Source of the DNA: Euglena gracilis
Lineage: Eukaryota
Direction of reading: 5' to 3'
NCBI GenBank assembly: GCA_039621445.1
Contig: CP154954.1
Coordinates: 48,339,847 to 48,403,846 of the forward strand
Length of the DNA: 64,000 bases
The notes below the pieces were generated by a model. The model searched no databases and had not been told where the DNA came from. It saw only the letters and a list, made by a program, of their open reading frames with translations. Position numbers and translations under genes: made by a program. The number at the start of each line of letters is the position of its first letter. The first letter of the stretch is position 1. Positions 1 to 10,673 of the stretch are shown piece by piece.

Positions 1-2
1 AC

Positions 3-3000
3 CTCGGGCTCCTGCTTCTCCAGGAGTCCCCACACGAACCGGAGGAGACTGATGGCCAGCTTGATGCCGCACATCACGAGGTCCAGCAGGAGCGTGAAGA
101 GGATGAAGTAGGCCACCATCCGCCAGATGCCGTCTGTGCGAGGCGGAGAGAATAGTGCAGAGAATCTCACACACAGAGAAAATGGCATAGCAGAGGTGAT
201 CGCATCCGTCCATCCGAAGAATGGACTGATGTCGAGAAAATTGGCTCTGTGCACAGATTGGAAAAATATATGCATTTTGCAAATATTTTAAACATATCTA
301 AAACCATTGCATAAATATACAAAAACATATGCATATTATTTATCGTTGACCTTATTCAATTTATTGAATTTACTAACATTGCACATGTATTTATATTTTT
401 ATAAATAGTTCAAAAATAAATGCCTGCAGGGACTGGCAAACTGATTTTATGGCCAATATCTTGAGTTTGACGCTGATAACCAAATAATGACTGCCCTCAA
501 GCCATAAAATAAACCCTGAGTTCATCATTTATCATTTAATTGTTTATTCCACGTTGCTTTCAAAAACTTATACCCACCACTGCAACCACTGCAAAAGACC
601 GCATTATTGGCACACATTATTGGCAAACAGGCTCCTTTGACCCCCGTTTGTCTGGCCTCAGAAGCATAACGTGGACAAGACCAAGCCCACACGAGGCGTC
701 GCACGAAAGTGCAGGCAGGAGGGCGGCACACACTGGGGCTGCCCATGTCCACGTCTGGCAGCCACGCCGGCAGCCACGACGTCCCGTCCTTGATCTTGAC
801 GCAGTAGTGGCTGTTCGCCGCGACACAGCACTCCCGCTGCTTCGGGTGGCACGTCCACGTGGCCTTGAAATCTGGAGGGGGGCAGCGCGACTGAGCGCCT
901 TCCAGACGTTGCTGGCCGGGGAATCCACATATGGCAAGCAAAAAACGGTTTGAAAATGAGAGACGACACAAAGGTACCATCCAAGCATGAAATAGAAGAT
1001 GCACATACCCCACATCAGCAGAAGCTTTGAGGGGTCTGTTTGAGTTTTCGGTCCCATTGTATTAATGGGGAAGACATGAAGATGCACAAAAAAGCTATCG
1101 TTCGTCTCCCTCGTGCTGGACTTTTGAAACTTCAACGACATCGAGTGTTGTCCCCTCCCATCCGGGAAAAAACTGCACGTTCCAGTTTTCAAAACCCCCC
1201 AAAAGACCCTCCATCATTTTTTTCTGCCGGTGCAGGCAGGGGGGGGGGCGTGCGCCACACTTTCGTTGGCGTGGTCCGGGCACGTCAGCAGCTGCAGCCC
1301 GCCGCCCACCGGGCCCGGGGGGAGGCCGAGGCACTTCTGGAACAGCTTGAACCAGGCTGTTTTTTTACCAACCCCGGGGGGGGGGGGGCGGTTTCCGGAG
1401 TGCCTATGAGTGCCTGCCCAGACAGGCACCCCCCCCCCCCGGGGTGGGGTCGGCACCCGAGTAAAATACGGCCTGGCTTGAACGCGCCGAGGGTCGGAGA
1501 GTAATAGAACTGCTGGGCGGCGGTCTTGCTGCAGGACTTCGGGGCGACGTTGACGCGGTTCGGCAGGGCCTCCAGGCAGGCGGTGGAGGTGCCCTTCAGG
1601 TACTGCAGCAGGTACGGCCCTGGGTTTGGAGGGGGGGGGGGCGTGGGGCGGTGGGGCCGGATTGTGTGCAGGGCCCACGGCCATTGTCCATTACTGATGG
1701 TCGGTGTGAGCGAGAGGACACAATGCGAGGTGGGCGGGTGGGCGGGGCGAAGCCATAGCGGTTGCTGAGTCGGGGGCGGTGTTCACCTTTTGTCCAGGCT
1801 GCCGCTGTACCGTGCCGTGACCCCACGGCACCGTGGGGGGGGGGGCAGGCACACCCTGGTCGGAGCGCGGGGTGGGGCTCGGCTGCGCCGCTGCCAGATC
1901 ACACAGCAGCAGGGATGGATGGGAAGCCTTGAGGGGGGGGGGGGGGGCGGACCCCCCCCCTCCTACCTCGAAACTGAGGGGGGGGGGGCGAAAATTTTTC
2001 GATTTCATGGACGGGCAAAGGGCCGGAAATCGGGTCAAAATCGGCCAAAAATCCCTGATTTTTCTTTGAAAATCGATCCAAAATTGCTCATTTTTGAAAT
2101 TTTTTGAACATTTATTTGGGAGAAAACACCAACACATCAAAAAATGGGCAATATGTCCAAAAGTCAGCAAAAGGAGTGTTTTTGCTCAAGAAAATTTTCT
2201 GCTATTTTTGGCACCTGTCAAGCAGGGGGTGGGGGGTCCAGACGCCCCCTCCCAACATCTGGGGGGGGGGGGGTGGTCCGGACCAGGTTTTGAATAGTGC
2301 TGAGCTCTTGATAAGCGCTCACCCACCCCTTCATTGACACCCCCATATAAACCGGCGCACTCCATGGAGCTCTGTTGACTGAAATGCAAAGGTTTTGTGC
2401 CCGAAACAGGGCGCCAGGGGGTGAAGAAACACTCATTTTTGGCTCAAAATACACCTTTTCCGGGTCTGGATAGCCCAAAAAACAGCGCTTTGGGCGAAAA
2501 AAATTTTTTCGATTGTTTCGACTTTTTTTTACCCAAAAATGACCGGAAGTGAGTCGGCGCTGGCCGGTCGAAAAACGTTCATTTTTCGGCCCAAAAACAG
2601 TTTTTCTGGGTCCGGGAGGCCCAAAAACATCGTTTCGGGCAAAAAAAATTTTCGATTTTTTTTCGACTTTTGACCCGAAAATGTCCCACAGTCAATGGGT
2701 TGGCAGCCCAAAACGGGGCACTGGAGGGTCAAAAAACGCTCATTTTCAGCCCAGAAACAGTTTTTCTGGGTGCGGGAGGCCAAAAGAGATCGTTTTGGGC
2801 CAAAAAAAAGTTCGATTTTTTCGACTTTTTTGACCCGAAATGACCCACAGTCAATAGGTTGGCGGCCCAAAACGGGGCGCTGGCGGGTGGGTCGACAAAC
2901 GCCCATTTTCGGCTCAATAATTTTTCTGGGTTCGGGAGGCCCAAAAACATCGTTTCGGGAAAAAATGGTCATGATGGGCATCATGGGTCATGAGGGCCAT

Positions 3001-4486
3001 CGTGGGGTATGATGGCCATCATGGGTCATGATGGGCATCATGGGTCATGATGGCCATCATGGGTCATGATGGGCCTCATGGGTCATGATGGCCATCGTGG
3101 GTCATGATGGGCATCATGGGTCATGATGGGCGTCATGGGTCATGCTGGCCATCATGGGTCATGCTGGCCATCATGGGTCATGATGGCCATCGTGGGTCAT
3201 GATGGCCATCATGGGTCATGATGGCCATCATGGGTCATGCTGGCCATCATTGGTCATGCTGGCCATCATGGGTCATGATGGGAATCAAAACCCATGATTG
3301 GCATCATGGGTCATGATGCGCATCATGGGTCATGATGCGCATCATGGCCATCACAGGTCATGATAGCCATAATGGTTGAAAAACGCCCATTTTCGGCTCG
3401 AAAACCCTTTTTCCGGGTCTGGAGAAGCATGGTTTTGGGGGGAAAAATTTTTCGATATTTTTCGCCTTTTTTGGCCGAAAACGGTTAAGCCCACCAGTGG
3501 AAAAAGTGTACAGAATGGCCAAAATCGGCCAAAAAAACGGCCATATCTCGGGCTACGCGAACAGTTGCGGGGAAATCAAAATACCAGTAGATGGAGTGTT
3601 CCAAGGGCTTCAAATTAGGTCTCCGGACATTTCCTTTGATTTTGCTTCATTTGCAGAAAATTTGAAAATATTGATTTTTGGCCGATTTTTGGCCGAATTT
3701 TGGCCGAAAACGGCTAAGTCGGACAGTGGGAAAAGTGTACAAAATTGCCCGTTGGTCGAAAACGGGCATATCTCGGGCCAGGCGGGGAGTTGCGGGGAAA
3801 TCAAAATACTCGCAGATGGGGCATTCCAAGGGCTTCAATTTAGGTCTCGGACATTTCCTTTGATTTTGCATCATTTTCGATAAATTTTGAAAACATCGAT
3901 TTTTTGACCCCCACCCCCCGAAAATGTCGGACAGTGGGAAAAGCGAACAAAACGGCCATCTGGGCAGAAAAAGGCCGTATCTCGGGCGCGGAAATCAAAA
4001 TACCAATCGATGGGGTGTTCCAAGGGCTTCAAATTAGGTCTCTGCACATTTCCTTTAATTTTGCTTCACTTTGGAGATATTATGAAAATCGACATTTTTC
4101 GGCAGAGTCCAAAGGGCTTACCCAGGGGGGGGGCCGATCCTACCCAGTTTAGACCCCTTCGCGCATGAATAACTCGGGCCTGGCGGGGAGTTGGGGGTCA
4201 ACCCCGGGTGATTCGGAAACTAGAAATCAAATCGCTCGCGATTAAAAAAAAATTCCGGGAACAGGGCCGGGATCATGGTGATAATCCGTCCGTTCTCCAG
4301 GTCCCGACCCGGGGGGGGAGGGTCGAGGGGGGGGTTTCGCCAGGGGTAAGCTTCGCTCTTACCCAGAAAGGGATAAGAGCTCAGCGACCCCCCCCCCTAC
4401 CACCTACCTCAATAGCGAAGGGCTTCCCATCCATCCCTGCACAGCAGGGCGAGGAGGAGGGCGAGGGCCGGGGATGCGGCAAGCAT
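3..4486 (-). CDS. Membrane protein: signal peptide, ricin-B (beta-trefoil)-like Cys-containing domain, transmembrane helix; 3' end runs off the window
   Basis: Exons 4486-4443, 1904-1855, 1619-1479, 1347-1261, 871-734, 133-3 join in frame: MLAASPALALLLALLCDLAAAQPSPTPRSDQGPYLLQYLKGTSTACLEALPNRVNVAPKSCSKTAAQQFYYSPTLGAFKLFQKCLGLPPGPVGGGLQLLTCPDHANENFKATWTCHPKQRECCVAANSHYCVKIKDGTSWLPAWLPDVDMGSPNGIWRMVAYFILFTLLLDLVMCGIKLAISLLRFVWGLLEKQEPE. Three complete GT-AG introns plus two nonconventional ones. The ricin-like call rests on the CL...C...QQF...KCL...L..C pattern (inference). Confidence 0.8.
1353..1475. mobile_element. 123-bp hAT-like MITE forming a nonconventional intron (intron 1348-1478, minus)
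   Basis: TIRs CAGGCTGTTTTTTTAC / GTAAAATACGGCCTG; perfect 8-bp TSD GCTTGAAC (1345-1352, 1476-1483); removing element plus one TSD gives GAFK-LFQKC in frame. Confidence 0.9.
2380..2965. repeat. Degenerate ~150-160-bp tandem repeats inside the 2.5-kb element
   Basis: Recurring CCAAAAACATCGTTTCGGG-like and CGACTTTTTGACCCGAAA-like motifs near 2620, 2780 and 2941. Confidence 0.7.
2966..3375. repeat. 19-bp minisatellite (ATGGGTCATGATGGCCATC)n, about 20 copies
   Basis: Directly visible tandem array containing the palindromes TCATGA and ATGGCCAT. Confidence 0.9.
3480..4100. repeat. Three ~210-230-bp tandem repeats inside the 2.5-kb element
   Basis: CAGTGG(G)AAAAG at 3495, 3724 and 3932; TTCCAAGGGCTTCAA(A/T)TTAGGTCTC occurs three times. 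Confidence 0.8.
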
Positions 4487-4501
4487 GGGGGGGCGTGGGG
4501 C

Positions 4502-4510
4502 CTGCGGAGA
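4502..4510 (-). promoter_or_regulatory. Candidate spliced-leader trans-splice acceptor for gene 1
   Basis: TCTCCGCAG ends 15 nt upstream of the ATG at 4486. Similar acceptors lie upstream of other starts (42181-42182, 52519-52520). Could also be cis acceptors. Confidence 0.4.
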
Positions 4511-5575
4511 GGTTGTTGGGCAGCCCGAACGCAGGGATGGCCTCGGGCACGGATGGGGTCAGACCACTGTTGACCAACTGCGCCGTTCGACTTTCAGAGG
4601 GCCAGCCAGGCAGCCCCGGGAAGCATGGGACACAACGAGGGGCAGCACCGGTGCAGGCGTGGCGGACCGATTTCCACGCGAGGGCATCCCCCAATCCATT
4701 GTCGGCAACGTTGAAAGGTGATGCAAAGAGGAATGCACCGAATCTACAACGGAGACCTGTTTTCGGTGGAATTTCAACAAAGATTTTTTCTTGGATTTCG
4801 TTTTGTGTGTTTCTCAAGCCGTAATCATTTTCCCGCATACCTGGGATGATGGGGTTCCATCAGGTGGCGAGCGCCATGGGGTAAACACACAAATCCGAAG
4901 CAAAAAAGGAAAAAGCCACTATAAGCAAGGTAGTGCACATGGCGAAATCAAAAACCACACCACAAAAAAAAATTGGTTCGGCGGATAATTTGCACGTCCC
5001 ACACTGCTTTTCACCCACAGAATGCAAAAAAAGCACCTCTCAGAAATCTATCAGGGTGGGCTCAAATTAGCCTCGATTTTAATTACGCCTTTAATTTCAA
5101 ACATCATTACTCATCCTGAAGCCAGCGGAACAGACACTAATAAATGTGCCAGAAATGAAAACAAGCAGAAATTCAGTGTCATGCCAAGGTAATAAATGCA
5201 AGGAAAATGTGTCAAAATGGTTTTTGTCCTTTCCGAACAAAATCTGCAAATAGCGAGCACTAAGCGCAGGAATTACGAAGATGTTTTCCTGTTGTTTCTT
5301 TGACTGCCTTAAAAAAGGATGGGGAATTCCAGATGATCCTTCAATGCAGCGGTTTCATTTCAAAGCCCAAGTAATGAACCACACTCTCCTTTTCTTTACT
5401 TGGATTAATTTAATGGATTCGGTTCAATCAAGGAGAAAATGTGACAAAATATCCACGGCATGTCCCAGTTGTCAGTGCCAGTTGCCAGTTGTCAGTTGTC
5501 AGTGCCCAGTCCCCTGATGTCCCCCTGTTCAAGTTCCCATCCACCCTGGGTATCCCTAGGTATCTCCCCACTGCA

Positions 5576-8500
5576 TCAATCCCAGGGGCAGTGCTCAGAG
5601 GAATGGTCAAGTGAGGACAGGTGGATGAGGGCTGAAAAGGTAATCAGACGGAGGTTGGCGAGGGAGGCAGAGCGGTAAATGCACAGAAGTGAGAGTGAGT
5701 CAGGGGTCAATGTGGGCTGGTCGGCGACATTGAGGACGAGTGGGGGGGAAAGCTTCCAGGGGCTGCAGTCACCGCCAGTGGTAGCGTTGAAGCGCAGAGC
5801 GACGAAGAAGGCAGAGGCCGCCGCACTGGTATTAAGCTTACGGCCCGCCTTTGCACGCGCCAACTCCATATGCCAAGTGTGCATGTGGGGACCCTGGAGC
5901 CCCCCCCCATGGTTAAACACAAAGTGCGGGCCAACTTTTGGGGGTGGGGGCAATTCACTTGGTACGACTTTGGTGTTGATGGGGAAAATAAGGCAAATGA
6001 AACTCGAAAATGTGGTGACAAGGTTGCAAAGTTAAACATAGAGAGCTGGGCGAATTGGTACATGTGGAGGGCAACTGCCGGGGCAAGCACCACGGCGGGG
6101 GGGGGGGGGCATATTGGTTAATCCATACATCGATACTTATATCCACCCACCCATTTATCCATTGGCACACCCATCCATTCCACCCAGCAATCAATTCCAT
6201 ATACGCTCGTGCACAAACTTGCATTGAACATAAAAAAAATATAAAAAATATGTGTACACAGATCGACAAAAAATATACATTTTTGGTCAACTTTTAGGGC
6301 TGCCTTAGTTTGATACTAAGACTAGACTACTTAGTTTGATACTAAGCCTAGACTACTTAGTTTGATACTAAGCCTAGTGATATATCTGTGGGGGGGGTCT
6401 CGCTGGACGCCAGCATCTTTTTTTTTTCGTGGCTGGAAAAGGTGCTGGCAACCTGGACCCCCCCCTGGAGGGGAGGGGTGGGGTCTGGCTCAAAGAATTC
6501 CCTGAAGAGCAATTGTTGTCCACCGGTTTTGACGCCTCCGGAAGGATTTCACGAGCCAGCACTCCATCCCACAGGCAGCCTCTGGGCTGGGGGGCAGGCA
6601 GCATCACTGGAGGGCACTGGAAGCCAAAGGAGGGACGACAGGGCAGTGGGGGGCAGGCTTCTTTGTCATACCCGGGCTGCCGGCCCAGGGCCCAGACCCA
6701 GACCCGGACCCGGACCCGGACCCGGACGCCCCCCCCCCGGGGGGTCTTCCAAGTTAAAGAGAAGCCTGGCGGGGGGAGCTGAAGGGTTTGCGACCAGTGA
6801 GACGCTGGGGGCGGGGACGCCCTCCCGGGGCAGCCAACCTTGCGTTTTCGTCGAGGGTGGCCGTCCGGTGGCCCACGGAGGCCCATTAGGTTGGAAACCC
6901 TGAATCAGAAGTCGACCTTTCTGGGCGAAAAATGGGTTGGAAGTGGGGGGAAAGTGACTTGTGGCATCCACTGATCACTTTTGTGGGTGCGACAAATTGT
7001 GTGGAAATGCGGTTCTGCATTTTTAGTGGACCATCAGCAATCCACAAATCACATCACAAGGTGCATTTTTCCTACCTTTAATTTTCAACCCCATTCAAGA
7101 CCAAACCGCCCATCCTCAAGATCCTCAAGCTGCTGTCCTCGGGGAAAAAAAGACCTCCCTTTCACTTAAACAAACTCCCTATCCCCTAGCCATACCATGC
7201 ATTTTACGGTGGGGAAAGGATCTCGATGCTTCACGCCCAGGGACACTCCCCAGCCAGGCAGGCTGTCACACCCCACACCGAAGCAAAAAAAAAAAACAAC
7301 AAAAAGGAGGCGATCCGAAGAAGCAGCAAATTCATGTGGGTCCAGTTAAAAGTCATTCACCCTTGGGGATGCTCCCGCACCGCGTGGATCAGTGTGTTCT
7401 GTCTGCACCACGTGTGGCGCCGGGTGCACCGCACCACATGACAAGAATCAGGTACAAACTGAAAATGACTCCTCGAGAGAGAAACACCTGCGAAAACACC
7501 CAGCGATTCCAAAATTGGAACAACAGAACAATTTGGGTGACATTGGTCCTTTTTAGCTGGTTTCAGCCCACATTTCAGCTGGTTTTGCCACCACATCTCA
7601 ATGATTCTGTTCAAACGGCTATTGCATCTCTGCAAGTGGGCACAAAATGGTCAAAAGTGGCCAAAAATGGGCACAAAAAAATGCCAAAAAAAAGGCCAGA
7701 AATTGATGAAAAAAATTGCATACAAATGGCCAAACGTGGTCTAAATTGCCAGATGCAGCCCAAAATGGCTGAGAGTGGCCAAAAGTGGTCCAAAATGGCC
7801 AAACAATGGAGTCCAACAAAAAAAGGAATGGAAACTGACTAAAAGTGAGGTGCTGATGAAATAATATGTGAAATTGCACAATTGGAAATGATTTTTCTCA
7901 CACAATGCATGCGGTGTGCCACGGGTGCACGCGGTGCCGAGATGTGTGAGAGCGTCCCCCTTACCCCCTGCGAGCTGTCCATTTGAAGAAAGCTAATCAG
8001 CTCTTTGCAGTGCCCGACCCCATTGTCTTGGAAGGGCATGCCCTGTGGTACTATTTTCACTCAGCCCAGCAGGGCAGTGGGGCGCGGGCAGGGGCGGCGG
8101 CAGAGGGTCGCCGGGGTCGTGCGGGGGGCCCGCGGCGGAACATCGAAAGGGCCGGGCCACGGCTGGCGGTTGGGGCCCACAGCACCGAAAGCCCCGGCGG
8201 AGCGCTGCCGGTGGCTCGGTTCGGGGCCACGACCCCCCCCCCAGGTGTCATTGGTCAAACGGAAACCAGTCCAAAAAGCCGAGAACTTATGCCCGGGGAA
8301 TGGGGGGAGGGAGGGGCAAAGATCATGCTGTGTGCCTGCACCTGAGGCATGTGTATGTGTTGATGTGCGCAGGCACAATCGTGTAAATTGGGAAACCCCA
8401 GCAACAAAACAAGATGGCAGCACAGACGATCATGGAACCAAATGCCAGAATACCGCATTCATCGAGACGCCACCCCAAGCCGAGGGAGGCGTGCGCATCT

Positions 8501-10629
8501 TGGGGAAGGCCGGGAAGAGCCGGGGGCGCCCCTGCCGAATATACAACTGTTAGTTCCAGTCAAATGGGGGCAACCGTGGGAGCCGCACAGGTGGGAGACA
8601 GGGGCCCGCTCCACCGTGGGGGGGAGGAGGAGTGCGGCGAGTCGAGGCAGAGGAGGGGGTCAGCGCTGGCAGTGGAGCGGTGGCTTGGGCCCAGGGCCGC
8701 TGCCGGGGCTCCAAGCCGGGGGGCGAGGGCAGGGCTGTGTGGGAACGCCTGGTGGGGGGAGGCAGCCCCTCAGCAGGATTTGATTGAGGGAAGAGGGGAA
8801 GAATGGCCGGGGGGGGGGGGGGATGTGCCAGTCCGGCTCGAAAAATATGCGCAAAAAAAATGATAAAATGATAAAATGCAAAATGATAAAATGCACATAA
8901 ATGTGGTGAAAAGAAGGAAATGACGAAAAACATGTGCCAGAAAGGAACAAATGCGCTGGAAAAGTATTGGAAAAAAATGTGCAAAAAAATGTGATAAAAT
9001 GCACAAAAAATGCACATTTTTGGAAAAACTGCGCAAAAAAAAGGCGCAAAAGGACATCCCCCTGCACTGCCTCGAAATTCTGGCAAGACTGCTCCTGCTG
9101 GCGGTGGTGGTAGAGGATCCCCCCTCTCTACCCCTTCCCTTCTTTACATCGAACCCTGTTCACAGGGGGGGGGGACCCGCCAGGGTAATTAGACAGTTAA
9201 ACATAGGAAAAAATCCTTCGGCACCGAAGGGACCTTCAACCTGAAGAACGGCGGCTCGGGCACACCGGGAAGGGGGCCGACGCCCCCTGGGGCTGGCCAT
9301 CCCGGTTGGCCCTGGGCAGGGGAAGGGGGGCCATCCGGGCGGAAGGGAAGGCAAGGGAAGGCGGAGCGAGGGGAGGCCTGGGGCAAGCACCCATGGCCCT
9401 CCAGAATCCCAGACACAGTCACGCCCGGTCACGCCCAGTCACGGCCAGTCGCGCTCAGTCATTCCATGGGTGCTTGGCTCGGGAGGCCGAGGAAGGCGAC
9501 AGCGAGAGAATGAGACGGCAGCGCGGGCTCTGCCGGCCGCAGGCGTGCTTTGAAGCCCCCCCACCCCCCTGCGTTCAGCGGCCTTGAAACCCAGTGGCCA
9601 GACTTCCCAAAACCCACTGGGACAGGGACCAGAAGGCCGTCACAGCCTATTTTCCCAAACCCAAACGGTTGGGGGGCATACTCTGGGGATACATCATTCT
9701 GGTGCTAACCTCACTCTCAACCTGCCTCAAATCATATTTTGAAACCATTTCGAGCGTTCATAGGAAGGCTCTGCAAAATTTTCCAGAATTTTTTTGCACT
9801 TTGCAATTGAAAGTTTATGGGCTGATCCCACTGGACAAAGCGATACCCAACGTTTCATTTCAGTCGACCAAAAAGGTGGTCCGGCAACCTGAATAATGGT
9901 CCTCTGCTCTGAGCCCTGAGCCAGGTGCCAAAAAGTGCCGGCTGGCAGGACAACAGACAGACGGGGGGGGGGGGTAGAATCCCATGTGGCTCACAAGATC
10001 GGAAATACCTTTGGGCGGCCAGGGTTGGGGGGGAAAGACGCCTGGCCAGCGGTCAGCGCCTCCACGGCCCAAAGTCACCAAAGAGGGGGGAGGAGGTGTG
10101 AGGGCGCAGACCGGGGCGCAGGGATGGGGGGCTTGGGATGTGGCCTCAAACACGGCCGGCCGCAATAGATCTGGCGAGGCAGATGACCCCGGCAGCCGGA
10201 CCTCCAAGCCCAAAAGTCAGACCCCCCCCCGGAAGTCTGACTCAACAGATTTTTTTTATAAAAAGAGCGTTCTTTCTTTTACGGGGGGGGGGTAAATTGT
10301 GTAAACCACGGGTTGACATTGCGGGTTCGCAATGAAGAGTGTAGTGCAAGCGAGAGAGAAAAATAACGCGAGGGAAGATGATGTCTCATTCTGCTCATTA
10401 TTTCTGCTCTGCCCATTGCGCCCCACTAGCAAAATGACACTGCACCCCCATGGTGAAAGAACAGAAGGGCGGAGTGCAACGTGTCACGCAGAGAGCTGCT
10501 AGTATTCATTTTTCATCAGCTGGCAATAGTGCAAAGGCAAAGGCCAGTTTAGCATATTCCGCCAAAATCACGCACGTGGAGTGGTGCATTGTGCAATTCC
10601 AGGTCGGGACAATTCCCACACACATACCG

Positions 10630-10673
<44 letters not shown>

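Larger units (their letters stand above)
1910..4439. mobile_element. 2.53-kb non-autonomous hAT-like element forming a nonconventional intron (1905-4442, minus) in the signal-peptide coding region
   Basis: Perfect 19-bp TIRs CAGGGATGGATGGGAAGCC / GGCTTCCCATCCATCCCTG; perfect 8-bp TSD CACAGCAG (1902-1909, 4440-4447); removal restores ALL-CDLAAA. Confidence 0.92.

Noticed and set aside
1787-1854. Longer exon 2 using the AAG|GTGAAC donor
   Set aside because: Phase 0 is incompatible with the next exon; the donor at 1854 gives the in-frame join.
2966-3375. CRISPR-like regular repeats (also 6304-6377 and 23310-23357)
   Set aside because: Head-to-tail tandem units with no unique spacers, in a eukaryotic context with no cas genes.
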